From Lingula anatina (lineage: Eukaryota; Animalia; Brachiopoda), in contig CM120642.1 in assembly GCA_051362555.1 (NCBI GenBank), positions 9,486,001-9,550,000 on the forward strand: DNA of 64,000 bases. Direction: 5' to 3'. The position numbers were made by a program, and so were the translations under genes. The notes beneath the pieces were generated by a model that saw nothing but the letters and a program-made list of their open reading frames with translations, was not told where the DNA came from and did no database searches. Position 1 is the stretch's first letter, and each line of letters opens with the position of its first letter. Below, one piece after another: positions 1 to 13,400 of the stretch.

Positions 1-299
1 GCACGGTGAGAATGCCGGTTCACACAGAGCACTTTTAGTAGCAGATAACTTACAGAACCAAGGGAATGAGCAGGTCCTTGGTCATCAAAATCGCCATATT
101 TGAACCACACAGACAATATGTGGGTAGGCCATTACTCGCCGATCCAACGGCCTACATGTCCTACAACAAAACTGGACCAAATTGGGCAGATTTTGACCGA
201 TGCCTGGAATATCATTCCAGATTGAACTCTAAAAACCTAACCCAAGGAATGCCTTGCCGCTTGAGAGCGCTGGTAGCAGCCAGAAGATGTAAGGCGTAA
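1..299 (+). mobile_element. Degenerate Tc1/mariner (DD34E) transposase, C-terminal remnant
   Basis: Reading across frameshifts gives HGENAGSHRALLVADNLQNQG...PWSSKSPYLNHTDNMW (CCT TGG at 76), cf. Tc1 QQDNAxxH...WPxxSPDLNPIENxW. This is followed by ...DAWNIIPD*...GMPCRLRALVAAR, cf. SMPRRxxAVIxAxG. Contains stops and frameshifts. Confidence 0.8.
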
Positions 300-805
300 C
301 AGTGACCGTTACTGTGACTAGCCACTGATATGAGGGTCCTTTGTGGAGAGTGAAACTCTTTTACAGACGATAATTTGGAAAATATAGAGATCCAAAATAT
401 CTCTTTTAATGGTTGTCGTATGGCATAGAAAAGGCAATGTATTTTTGTTTGCTTCTCTGGCGAATTCAGTTAATGAACTGATGACACAATGACATCAAAA
501 AGATAACTAAAAGTTATTAAAACAGGATTTTAATCCTTATTTTCATTTATAAGTCAGCAAAATAGGAAAAAACTGATGAAAAATGATTTGGAAAAAATAT
601 TCCATATTAAATGTCAAGTCTGTATTTTCTGACAGTCTTGCAAATTATCTTTGTTCGTCCATCCGCCATTCTTGACCGTCATCCGACAAAAAAATATAGA
701 TACCCGTCGATGTAAATCTGGCAGTCTTCCGGAAGACCCTGAAGCATGCGTTTAACTTATCTCAAGGAAGGTCAAATTCGCACTACTTTAAGTACCCCCC
801 TAACC

Positions 806-838
<33 letters not shown>

Positions 839-1063
839 GGCATAATTCTCAAGATACTAACTAACGATATATTCGCACTGTCGATTGAACCTCACCAATG
901 TAGCCTACGTGTTAAATCACTGCATTCCTGGTGCCTGCTAAAAATCTGGATTAAAATCTCTTTTGTTAAAATTGATTTGAATTCGAGTTAATTAGGCAGG
1001 GCATATGTATTCTAACAGACATAATCTTTCCAAATGACTCTTTTTTCACATTCATGCATCAGC

Positions 1064-2358
1064 TAGAGAGTCTACAAAAGCACCATAATTTATTATGTTC
1101 CAATCTTTGCGTTTCTACAGATATAATGTATATATCCCCTGGAGGGTCTTAGCGCTTGAATAATAGGACAAGGAAATAAGACCTCTGTCAAATACTTTTC
1201 TACAAATCACGAGCCTTGCTTTCAATTTCCCCAATTCATCATTATCAAATATGCAAGTAAATCGATTATGGTCCATTCTTTGCATTTTTCGCCTCATGGG
1301 TTTTAGGGCTTGAAGAATAGAATAAGGAAAAAAGACCTCTGTACCTCGCTACAAATCATGAGCCTTGCTTTCAATTTCCCCAATTCATCATTATCAAATA
1401 TGCAAGTAAATCGATTTCCACGGTCTGGCGTAATGGATTAGTTTAAACAGTGTCATAACCAACTGGGCTTTGATACCACATGGCTTTTGTCTTGTTTTAT
1501 TTGCTAAACAAGTAGATTTCTATGAACAGCAAGGATCCAAACACTAGCAAGGATGACAACAGTATAGCTTACACCAAACGAGACAGCCTTCCATTTGCAA
1601 TTTATTTCCCAAACTTACTGTCTTACTTTTTTGTGTGAAATCCGCAAACATGGATTACTTTTGTCTAAACAGTATATACGCAATAAAATGTTACGTCCCC
1701 CCTCATGATGCATGCACGTATGCGTATCATTTGTCTCACAAGGGACAAAATTGCAAACTATTTTTAAGATTCCCCTACCCCCCCCAAAAAATAATTTGCA
1801 ATGGCATAACAGTAGAGCATTCATGTGCATCAGAAAAAAATGACCAAATTTCTAAAAAAAAAAGTAAAATATATGTACATACATATATCATATTGCTTGC
1901 GAACAGACATTAACAGGACAAAAAAGGATGAAACTTGAATACTAGCGGTTTTAATTCGCGTCTTAACATGTTGTGATAAAAAAAACATAAACGAAGAAAT
2001 CACTCCTACATATTTCAGGAGCCGCATTGTCCATTCACTTCACCAGAGCCTCTAAAAAGCACCACAATTTATTATGATCCATTTTTGCATTTCTGTGGCC
2101 TCGTGGGTTTTAGCCTTTGAAGAAGAGTGTCAGGAAATAAAGATCTCTGTCAAATACCTTGCTACAAATCATAGGACTTGCTTTCGATTTCGCCAATTCA
2201 TCATTATCAAATATGCAAGTAAATCGATTTCTACGGTCTGGCGTAATGGATTAGTTTAAACAGTGGCATCAACGACCGGTCTTTGATATCACATGGCTTT
2301 TGTCTTGTTTTAATTGCTAAAGAAGTAGATTTCGATGAACGGTAAGGATTCAAACACC
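1064..2358. repeat. Locally triplicated ~150-300 bp diverged segment
   Basis: The core ...caattcatcattatcaaatatgcaagtaaatcgatt occurs at ~1231, ~1381 and ~2194, with homologous flanks (aaaagcacca.aatttattatg at ~1076 and ~2056; ggtctggcgtaatggattagtttaaacagtg at ~1422 and ~2235). Confidence 0.85.
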
Positions 2359-5034
2359 AGACGCTTAGAAGAACACTTTTTGATAAAGCGATCAATATGA
2401 ATTTTACTTAAGGAAATCTAATTGTTTATTTAAATCCATACCCAACTGTAAATGCCCAATGAAAATATCTTGCCACGGAAATGTTTTAAAGGTAAACTTG
2501 CATAAATATCAGAATATGCTTTTTTTCTATACAAAGTAACATGTATCAAATATTTGTTTACTTAAAAGTCATCCACACTTCTCGGAAACATCATACAACG
2601 CAAAAAAGGAAGAGCAAAGTTTGAAGAACGTTTTATGTAGAAATCAATCAACCATTCAAAGAGCAGGCATATCAGTTGAATATGAGGTACGCGTAACAAA
2701 CGCTATCAATATATCGTTACACTGTAAGCAATCTCACTGTGCCCACAGTACTGGATGTACCAATTAGATCTCTTGAAACAAAAACGACGCCGGTTTTCAT
2801 CGCCTCCAATATCCCGTTGATTATCTGTTCACACACTCGAAACTGAATACTGTTTCACTCGGAATAGATATACAAATGGTACTTTAGCATACGCTTGCCA
2901 GTCTACATTTTGAAAACAAGCACCCAAGCAAATGGCTGGTTCGAAGGTACGTGAAATGGCACTCTCATCCAAATTTTTTTCCTCTTTGAAAGGTATCAAT
3001 CTTCTGAATTCTTGTTTCTACCAGAACAAATGGGATGATATCGAGTCGCTAGCTTTCCATATAATCCCATGTTCCATATGGACATAGAGAGTGAATGTCA
3101 TTGAGAGACTATTAAAGGATTACACGTTCTTCCTTTCATGTAGGTCTGCCATATTTAGGCCTCGGCCTTGCTAGAGCTCGGTTCTTCTCGGTGTTAATGC
3201 TCTCATAGACAAGCTAGTTAATATCCAGGTTTCTCACAGAATAATTAATGGGTAATACCCAGCCTCTGACTTGCTATGCATGAGACCCTGCGTGGATTTT
3301 ATAGAACTAACGTACGACACACAAGGGAAGGGAAATAAAGCAACGTTAGATAGCACAGCACTATTTTCCTATTCTAGGTGGGTAAAAAAGCGCATACTTT
3401 TTGAATGCTACAATGGTTTCTCTTTCTCTCTCTCGTCATCTGCCATCAATTCATGTTTAACTTACCTTTTAAACTAATATGCACTAGAGTCTACATTCTT
3501 CCCTACTTTTTCGTCCACGCACCTTATTGCAGTTTACAGCTATTGATAGAAGAAAAGTACCAATGAAGAAGAGTCCCACTGATTTGGTAAAATAACGTCC
3601 ACAAAAGGCTCACCCAAGTCTTGTTCTGCAGTAAGGTCGGTGTAACGTACTAATACGTCGTTGGGATTTCCATATGTAGATGTTGACTCTTTCCGTCAAA
3701 CAAATAATGTATGCTGCTTCGTTGATTGGGACTGACACGCCTTTTGTTAAAACGACGATACCAGCACGGATTGAAGGATGTACTGCAAACGAATATGGCG
3801 CCAGCGCTGTATTGTTTAAGCTGCATTGTCAGCGGCATTAACACTCACTAATGGTTTCTAATCAGTCATCCCGGATGGAGTAGCTGAGGTCGTGAGTCCC
3901 GATTATGTATTTATTTCGCTGTTATCCTACTTAGGTACCTAACGAGCTTTCAGCTTTCTTGTTGGTATCGTTCTTCTACGCCTGATTCATCAACCGTACA
4001 GTGTTTTTCTGTGCCCATTAACTCGGCTCGTGTTGATTACAATAATACTCAAATTACGCCCTGTGCATGAACTAGTGCTTGTGGCAATTAACCAAAACGT
4101 CCAGTTTGAGAAATGAGGACGTATACGACAGAATATATAGTATTGTAAATAACATGTACAGTGCGAAAGTGAAGAAAACGGCACTTCCCTTGTATTAAAA
4201 GCAAAGCACTAAAAAAAGTAGTATTACAGAATGTTAAAGATAGGCAAGATATGGATGTAGTACGTATATCATTCTTACTAACCTTCAGATTTTTTCAAAG
4301 AAAATCGTTAGGCGGATTGGATCCTTGCAATCCACAAGGGAAGGGAGCATGTTTGATGCTTGTTCTAGGAACTCTTGAACCTAGAACGCAATTACGTTCA
4401 TGTACAAAGTGCGCTTTCCTTTAGGTAGTTAGCTAAAATAAAATCCAAGATACCATCGCCCGTTATCAGTGACTGAGAAATACATGGGGAAGAAAACTAA
4501 TATTCATATTTTCGATAAGGTTTTACTTTAAAGCCACGAGCCCCAAAAGGCAGAGAAGCATTGACAGTTATATTATCTTTTGACACATAGAATCTGAAAC
4601 ACGCAATTTTGGCAAATTTTGAATAAACTTTCTGTAGTCCTCCGTCATATGATATAGGCTAATTGAACATGTAAATAGAAGTGCACTGGTAAATGTGAAA
4701 CCACTAAACCGGAAACGACATAAAAGACAGCATGTAGTCTCAAAAAGTTTATGAATATAAAATTATATTTCATTTGCCAGGCTATAATTCTTTTCAAAAT
4801 CTTAAGTGAGAATTGTCTATTGCTTAAATATTTGGCATTTATTTCTAACTTTTTATTTCTAATCTCTACTCATGTGTTTCAAAAAACCCCTTCATCAATT
4901 CCATTCAAAATTTATAGTGAAATCACTGCGCTGAATTACTACAGCAACTCCTTTTTGTGATCCATTGTAAGATTCCATAACCCACAGATTAAAATAGGAG
5001 GCACAATTTCTAACCAAAAGGTTGCGTTCACCCC

Positions 5035-5065
<31 letters not shown>

Positions 5066-5973
5066 ACACACATCCCCCACCACCATTTTTTGGCGAAATG
5101 GTAAAACTTTACTGAAAAGAACAACTGGTACAAGACCTACAGAAGTAGTGCAAATCGTACCTATAATTTCTCCGTATTTTAAAATACTACTTCGGAGGAA
5201 GAGCCGTGGGTTTAGATAACTATATAACGGCAGCGTCAAATTCTGAGCAAATGAAATAGTGTTCGCAGTAGAACAATGGCAAAGTGGCCCTCAAGACTGC
5301 ATTTAACTTTATGAACGACTCAGTGTAAGATTCAGCTGCTTTCACTTACATGCACGTACAAAATACAGAACAATGTGCCTTGGTAACGCAAGGCTGCAAT
5401 CAATCTTTTCCCATTCGGAAAGCCATAGTCATCGTTATATTGCTTTTATATCGTGTTTTGTATAATGGCAGTGGTATGTAACAGCGGACCAATGCTTTTT
5501 ATGGTCTTTTACAAGAAACGATCGTTCATTGCTCCAACTTCATGAAATAAGTTTTGTGTTGTTGTAACATATAGAGTTTTGTTCGTAAATGTTTTCAAAT
5601 GTTTTTTTTCTTAATTGTGTTTTGTTTTTTGCATTTGCCTTTAATTTTCATCATCTTTTTCGTATTTCATTATCATTTTTATTTTATTCTGTTCTATTGA
5701 TTTATTTAACTTTTGCAAAAGACAAGACGTGGCATCCCCCCCCCTCCCCCTCGGCTGTTACCGGTTCTAAATACTTAACAGACAAAGCAATATTAATTGC
5801 CCCACCTTTGCATAATGCTACTACATGCTTTGCTTATGGATCAAAGCAACATACTCAATCATGCATTAAGCACGATGCCTTGGTGAACTGCAGCTTTGAA
5901 ATGTGCCACATGATGTAGTACTTTCATTATCTCAGCCGCTTTTAGAGCGCATGAACCTCATCCATTACTGCTA

Positions 5974-6907
5974 GTCCTATGGGAAAACCCGTCGTGTTGC
6001 TAACTTAATGGCACTTTAGAGGGACAAGTGGGTAGAATAATGTATTTTTCTCCCATCATGAAGAGGATATGGCGTAAGTCAAACATCAAACGCTTTTTTT
6101 CAATATGTTTTTGTTTTGCATCATCTTCGATCATGTATAAGTTTGGTCTGTTCAAGACTCGGCGTTCTTACATAAAATCCGGACCATTACGTGCGCTCAT
6201 GGTGCTCTCAGATTCCAAACCAACGAATATTTTATTAAGCAAACTTGAAGCCTACCCCCTCACACACACGCACATACACACCGACCATCCTTAACCACAT
6301 CCATCCATTCCAGCTACATGTACATCGAACAGGTGTTGATGGAATGCCGCGCACGCGCAAATGTGTTACACCACCTCCCAATAATAATGTTGTGGCAATT
6401 TGCAACAACAAATGGCACAAATGACAGACCGAGCCATAATGTTTAACACAAAGGTTCTCGCCCTAACTAACTAGGAAAGGGTTCTTTTTTCATCAGACAT
6501 ACAAATAAATAACCGGATATTAATAGGATTCTGGACTCAAGGCGCAATGTCTGCAAGTCGTTCCTGAAACAAACAGGTGCGGACGAATCGATAAATATAC
6601 CGGCTTGCCAAATCGAGTCAGACATTAGCGGAAGCTTATATTTGTAGTAAAATACGACAACCACCATTGCACAGTAGTGCTCAAATGATTGCATGAATTG
6701 TTTGTCGCGTGATACCTGAAACAAGCAAAACTTTTTGTCAAAATCAGAAAAATAATGCTCGTAAACAAGTTGGTATTGGTATTACACGTATTACTCCGAG
6801 TTCCCAATAAACCAATCTTTGGGATTGACGAGGAATGCAGCAAGCAGTCGAAAAAAGAACTGAACTCGTGTTGTATGTCCTATGGGAAAACCCGTCGTGT
6901 TGCTAAC
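5974..6907. repeat. Pair of exact 31-bp direct repeats about 900 bp apart
   Basis: GTCCTATGGGAAAACCCGTCGTGTTGCTAAC at 5974-6004 and 6877-6907. Confidence 0.85.
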
Positions 6908-8077
6908 AGCAATTTGCTTTGACCATCCAATGGTTACTTTGCCGCATATGTGTCGTTGCCGCTTAACCTAAAAAAAGATTTTACCCGTAAAAACAATAAA
7001 GCTATTTCCTCGTACTTGACCCGTCTATGCACACGGATTACATGCTTTAAATAATTTAGTTCTTACTTTTAAATGACTGGCCAGCATGACTTTTTGTACA
7101 TTTCATAAGGACATATCGACAATGAGGAACCCTCATTTTGAGGATGTTTATTCGTGTTAAGGTTTGAATAGGGAAATGGCGTTGCAGGACATGTACATGG
7201 TACGGAGAAATTAAGACGAAGAAATAAACGAATTGTAAAACTTGACGTGGGTAGCATACCTTTATGAGCATAATTAAACACAGAGAATGCATTTTAACAT
7301 ATAAAAATTATTTCTATGATATTACCTTAACCTTCATTTGCAAATCGAATTAGCTTTACATTGTAATGCACGAAGCGTAGTACGTTATAATGAAATATAC
7401 GGAATGATGAATCGACATGTAAGCAGCACAAATAACAAACATCATACATTTTTATGTTGTGAGATTACACTTTTCAGAATATCAAAATAACATACCATTT
7501 TGTCTCAAAGTAAGATGAATGTAAGAGAAAGTAGTACGAATGTACTCATGTTGAATTCAAACTTGGGGGTAAACTCCCAAACCGAAAGTACGTCGAGTAG
7601 CCAGGCGAGTGCTTACATTGTGTCCTCTTACGTATCAAAGGGGTTAGACTCCCAAGCGTAGGGTAGATTGATAATAGAATTGTGTTTCTTAAACACACAG
7701 TAAGCTTAAAATGGCAATTGCACCAAGTGCCTGCACATGTTCCTTACCTGTATGCCTTTCTTCCCCCCAAACGTGCCCATAATATGACGAGTAAACCTAT
7801 GTCCCGATTTTATAGTGCATTGAAATGGTCACCAAATCTACTCGCCGTACTTCCACCTCGTGTAAGTTCAACCCCCTTGCGTATGCAAAGACAATAATTA
7901 AACTCAAAATTTACGTACAGAGGGAAAACCTATTTCGGCCTTCTTCGTCTTAAGTGTGGCACTGAGAAAGTAATGCCCTGTTTTTTGTGAGTATTTAATT
8001 ATCTTTTTGATGTATAAATGCAAGTGACAGCAACATGCTGACCAACACTAGTTTCGACAGATTTAACTCATGACTAA

Positions 8078-8247
8078 AGCTCCATCCAGAATAGGGGACC
8101 GACTAGTCCGAGGGTTAAATATGTCGATCCACTACAAAGTTCGCAGTCTAATCCACTAATAGACACTAAATAGATACCCCGAAGTATTCAAGTGGGCCAG
8201 CCATATTTGACCCTCGGACTAGTTAGTTCCCCATTCTGAATGGGGCC
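8078..8247. mobile_element. PIF/Harbinger (Tourist-like) MITE, family A copy 1
   Basis: TIRs of ~40 bp (agctccatccagaataggggaccgactagtccgaggg / ccctcggactagttagttccccattctgaatggggcc) flanked by TAA on both sides (8075-8077, 8248-8250). Interior is the reverse complement of the copy at 50521-50695. Confidence 0.85.
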
Positions 8248-9134
8248 TAAGTGTGAGCCTCGATTTACAGACATATCTAGCAAACAGTACAATGAATCAA
8301 GCACTTACGCTGTATGTCATAATTATGTTAGTTATAAAGGTATGGCGTTTGTCAATAACAGGAAGAATGGCACATAATAAAATAGATATTGTCATTATCC
8401 ACCTTTAGAATCAGTCAAAGCATCCGTCTGAGTCACTTCTGTATTTGGCAGACCAGAAAATGATGTAATGATTTAGCTGAATAAATTAATGAATGAATAC
8501 ATTTTTCATCAAGCACTAGACAATAACAAAATCATCTGCAACTATGAGTCAGGATACAAACCTTTAACACAAATATAATGATACAATTTAAGATTATAGA
8601 AGAGGAGAATATTTTTCTTTTTCTGTCATTCAGGAAGACACCATGTTTTCCATTAACAATCTGATTATGTAATTTTGGTATTATCTGCTACCATGGTGCT
8701 GTCACTCCATTTAGTATCATTTAAAATCTTTCATCATCTATGTCAGTCTTTTTCTCACTCCAGGAAGTGGATACCAGAATCATTATCAATCAACTCTCTA
8801 AATGCCTAAGAGAACAAAGACGGTAAAAATACATCTGAACTATTGACAATCTTCAGACAACAAAGTCACATTCAGGCATTCCTATCACAGAAATTTCCTT
8901 ACACACTATACTGCCTTTCACTCCATGGTTATTAAATTACAAAATGACTTCTTACATCTATGTTTGATGAAATATATACACAACTTGTTTACAAAAGTGT
9001 TCAAGTACCCCAAACTGAGAGTGATGACACAGTTCAGTATTTGAATTGATACCAGCAACCTCTAACCGTAAATATTTTAATATCAAATTTTCTATGAGAA
9101 AGCTCCAGAAACACACCTTACACTTAAACAAAGC

Positions 9135-10442
9135 CTACTTATTCATATCCACTAATGAAAGATTTTTCCGTATATATGCTGTCTTGTTTTGCAGGTTTGG
9201 AGAGGAAGAAGGTCTGACCAATTTCTCTGGCGACACAGGGAGCATTCGTTTAACTTTACTGGGAGTCCCAAAAGAGGTGTCATTTTTCAGAGTTTTCTGT
9301 ATGTAATCTGCTAGAGCGGTTGTTGCTAGTTTCACTTCTTGTGCTGCAATCTCCATCTGTTCATTCTGAGAGTCACTCAGCACTGAAAAATCTGAAGTTT
9401 CTGATTGGTTGTCAGTCATGGCGGAGGCAGGAGATTCGGCAGTTGAGGAAGAACAGGCCACAAGTCTGTTGGTAGATTTCTGGATCAGGTCTGCAATTCT
9501 TTGGATTTTCCTTAAATCTCCATCAGAACCTGGAGAAATATTTCACAATGAGTGACTCTAATAATTACAATTTCTATGGTTTATTCATCTTTGGCATTCT
9601 GTTATTATGAACTACGTGTAAAAAATTTAATCTATGACAAAATGTTAATGCATGGCTTTTCTATTATTTAAATGAAATATCTCATTGCATTTCTATAATC
9701 CCTTGTATAATTTCTCATGATACGGTGCACACACATTTAAATCATTGATGTCAAAGAGCTAAATTTTGATTTGGTTATTTACAACAATGTTGGCAAAATC
9801 CACGACATCTCATTATGAGCCAGCTAAAGCTGATGGACTCGGGCAGTTGCAGTATGTTCAGTCTGCAGGCCTAGGGCATGGGGCATGTTAGACAACCAAT
9901 AACATTATAAAGACTGACAGATTTCACCTTTTTTTTTTCTTTTTTTTTATGGGGGAGGGCATAAAATTTACGTACCAAGTGAGTCAACTCAAAAAAAAAA
10001 AAAAAAAAAAGGTTAACAAAATTTGACAGTTTATTAGTGGTATCATAGTCAGTCTTTTTCAAAGTCAAATCAATAGTCAAGCTGACAAACTAACATAATG
10101 TTCAATTAAAAAAAAAAAAACTCACCCTTTGCCAGAGCATCTGTAGCCTGCACCATGAGTGATACACCATCCACCAAACTGCTAACATTGGCTATGAGTT
10201 TTTGGGAACGCTTGTAGCTGAGATGATAAAAGTTTTCTGCCTTGTTGTTGACACTTTCTCTCAAGGTGGAGTCCAGTTCTACCTGAACCTCTTGACCTTT
10301 CTGTAGTAGAATTTTGGCAGATGCAGCAACTATTTCCACATGCTTTAGTATGTCTCCACTTAGCTGAAAACAAAATGAATGAAATATAAGTAAGGAAGCA
10401 TATTTCATATTCCAAGCTGATCATTTTCATTTTTGAAGTGTG

Positions 10443-10484
<42 letters not shown>

Positions 10485-13400
10485 GGTGATAAAAATAAGT
10501 ATAATTTTTGTAAATTAATTTTGAGAATCAAGGAAATCATAGGTACATGGTTAACAAGAATGTCTGTACATAGCAGGTTTCCTGTTTAACAAATTAAGTT
10601 TCACTTGTTCAACAAAGTTACCTGTTGGTTTGTGTTCTGGTTTTCAGCCAAAGTCTGCACATTAATCTCGCACTCCTCCAGACTACGCAGACCCCCCTGG
10701 ATAGTCTTGTCCAGGAACACATCACAACCAGTTAGGAAGACTTGACGAATGTCATGTCCAAGCTGCAACATTGAAAATAAATTATTAGATTTTAAAACAA
10801 GCACTTAGCACATTACCTTTCTCACAAACACACTCACACACATAACCCATACAAATTATGACTGAAATCTAGCTAACACAACTACATTACAAGAAAATAT
10901 TTGCCAAATTTTCTTTGAAAAATATGAAAAGCATTATTCCTCACCTTTTTTGTTAGAAATATAATAACTGACTGTGGCCAAACAAATATGGGGCCATTCA
11001 CAATGAATTTATTGACCTAGCTACTGCACACCACATCAACAGGGATACTCACTGAATGCAGTCAGATTTATAATTTAACACATCCTCTCCTAGTGTTGAG
11101 TACGGTAATGTGCCATGAATTTCGAACAGTAGAAAATAATTAAATTTGGGAAAAGATCATTCTGGCCGAAATTCATGGTCCAGAAAAAACTCCAGACGGC
11201 CGATTTTAAGATCATTCGAAATTCAAGAGCCGTTCGAAATTCATGGCACTTTACCGTAAAATAAAGAAACGTTGGTGATTTTAAGAGTACGTGGAAAACA
11301 AGAGGTGTGTCACTCTTTTAATCTGATTGCATTCAGCAAAGGTCAATAAATTCATTGTCTTATTCTTACTTTATTCTCCGAAGTCGGCTCCTCTTCCAAG
11401 TCACCACTTCTCTCCTCGTAATCAGTGAGGGTCACGAGGCTGGTATCCGTGGCCAGCGACAGCTCTCCACAGAGTTTACAAATGGAGAAAATGACCTCCA
11501 GGATCTGGGCTGAAGACTGCTGCACCATAGTGTCTATGTCAAACTCACATCCCTGGAAAACCACATTTTTCTTTCATCTATAGACTTTATCATGTTGATT
11601 CTCATTACAATGTATTTATGTTGAAAATGTAAAAATGTTAAATAGATTATATTCATCAAAGCGAAAAGAGATGAAGTTGTTACACATAAAAATGATACAA
11701 AATTACGGTATATACAAATGATATATTACTTCTATGCGATATGCATTTTGTATATCAAAGAATTACAGGCCAGAATTCAAACACCTTTATATATACTATA
11801 ATAAAAAAATTGAAATAAAATAAAATTCAGGGTAACTACCTTCATCAAATTCAGTGAAATTTCTTTCAAAGTCAAAATAGTGGAGGTTATAAAACACTCA
11901 CCTGCAGAAAAAGCACCATGTTATTCCCCAAGCTCCGTATCAGTGTCATCATTCTCTTGGTAGTCTCTTGTATCAGCGATGACCCTATCTGCTGGTACAT
12001 GGCGAACCACATGGTACTGGTGGCCACCAGACGATCCATGGCCGACTTGATCTGGATGCTGCTGAGACAGGCAACTTCTGACTTCACAAAGTCGTCTGGA
12101 AGATGACATAAAGAAGAAGCATATCAACGGATTCTTTTAATGAAAATAAATCACAATGCTCTTGGAATGAACAGAAGAAGAGTTAAATGTCTTATCCACC
12201 ATCCATGGCAGACTTTATCTGAATATTGCTTTGATATGTGGTACAATATAAGTCTTCTGAAAGCTTAAATTCATGAATACTCTAACAACATTAAAATAAC
12301 ATTAATGTGAAAATTGACCAAAAACACAGATGTTACAAATTTCATTCTACTCTTCTAAAAAAATCAGATGTTAAATACAGTCATAATATGTCTTGATGAT
12401 TAAAATATGAAAAGAGAGGTACTAGCACTCTAAATCTTTGAAAAAATGTAAATCCAACAATCCTGAAGAATTAAAACCTTATTTCATTATAGTAACAGTA
12501 AGAAAATGGAGCACAAAGAAAAAAATCTTTATCACCTGGCAGATGCAATATACTGAACCTGTTCTTTTGAGATATACCTTAGTCCTGTAAGAAACCTTAA
12601 GCATACCTTTGCTGATGTCTTCACTTTCACTAAGTTTGTTATAGGCCTCTAGTAACGTTGCGACGGCAACCTTGAGACAGTCACAGTCTCGCAATATTTT
12701 GTCAGGGTGAGTCTCAACTACAGACCAATCTGAATGGGAAGACAATATTTCTTTTCATAAATTTTAAGGTTACACAAAGACTAATCAAAACCAAGACACA
12801 GAAGTGGAGCATACTTCATATTTAACAAAATAATAAGAAATAAAGGAAAATAAACTATGTTATGTAAAAATCACAGAGAGGGGGAAATAAATCAGCAACT
12901 TGTTACTGTAGCTTATGGTCAAAATCTCCTTGAGACTTATTTTAAATAGGACTCAGTATCACAAGAACTTGACCAATCTACTATCTGACAACTCTAACAC
13001 CCAGGGTATTTCTTTACATGATTGAAAAACTCACAGTGGTTAAACCAGAGGTACTGCTGATTCACTATCTACACTAAATGCAATGGTGATGATTAAGTTA
13101 TAAATTAAGGCAAGATTATGGGAAAGAAAAGGAAAGTTTTACCCTGTAATTTCTCCATGTCCATTGAGATGAAATCTCTGATGACAGCAAAGGTGGTAGG
13201 GGGTGGGGGGTTTAGGAGTGGATCCACACTGGAAGTACTGGAACTCTTAGCACTGGAAACTGACACTAAAACCAACAGAATCATCACAATGAAAAAATAA
13301 TGTAAAGAACCATATACAGCAGCAATCTCTCTACTTCTTAAAGATGCAATTTTTGGGGAGATAGCATTCTAAGTTTATCAATTTTTCCAAGAGATATTAA

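Noticed and set aside
2400-2900. Calling a core-2 GlcNAc-transferase (GCNT) or GT4 pseudogene
   Set aside because: The motif resemblances are short, lie in different frames and have inconsistent spacing. They cannot be supported without a search.
3300-8000. Numerous 60-115 aa ORFs in the intergenic region
   Set aside because: They have no recognisable domains, many are driven by poly-C, (CA)n or T-rich tracts, and they form no consistent exon chain.
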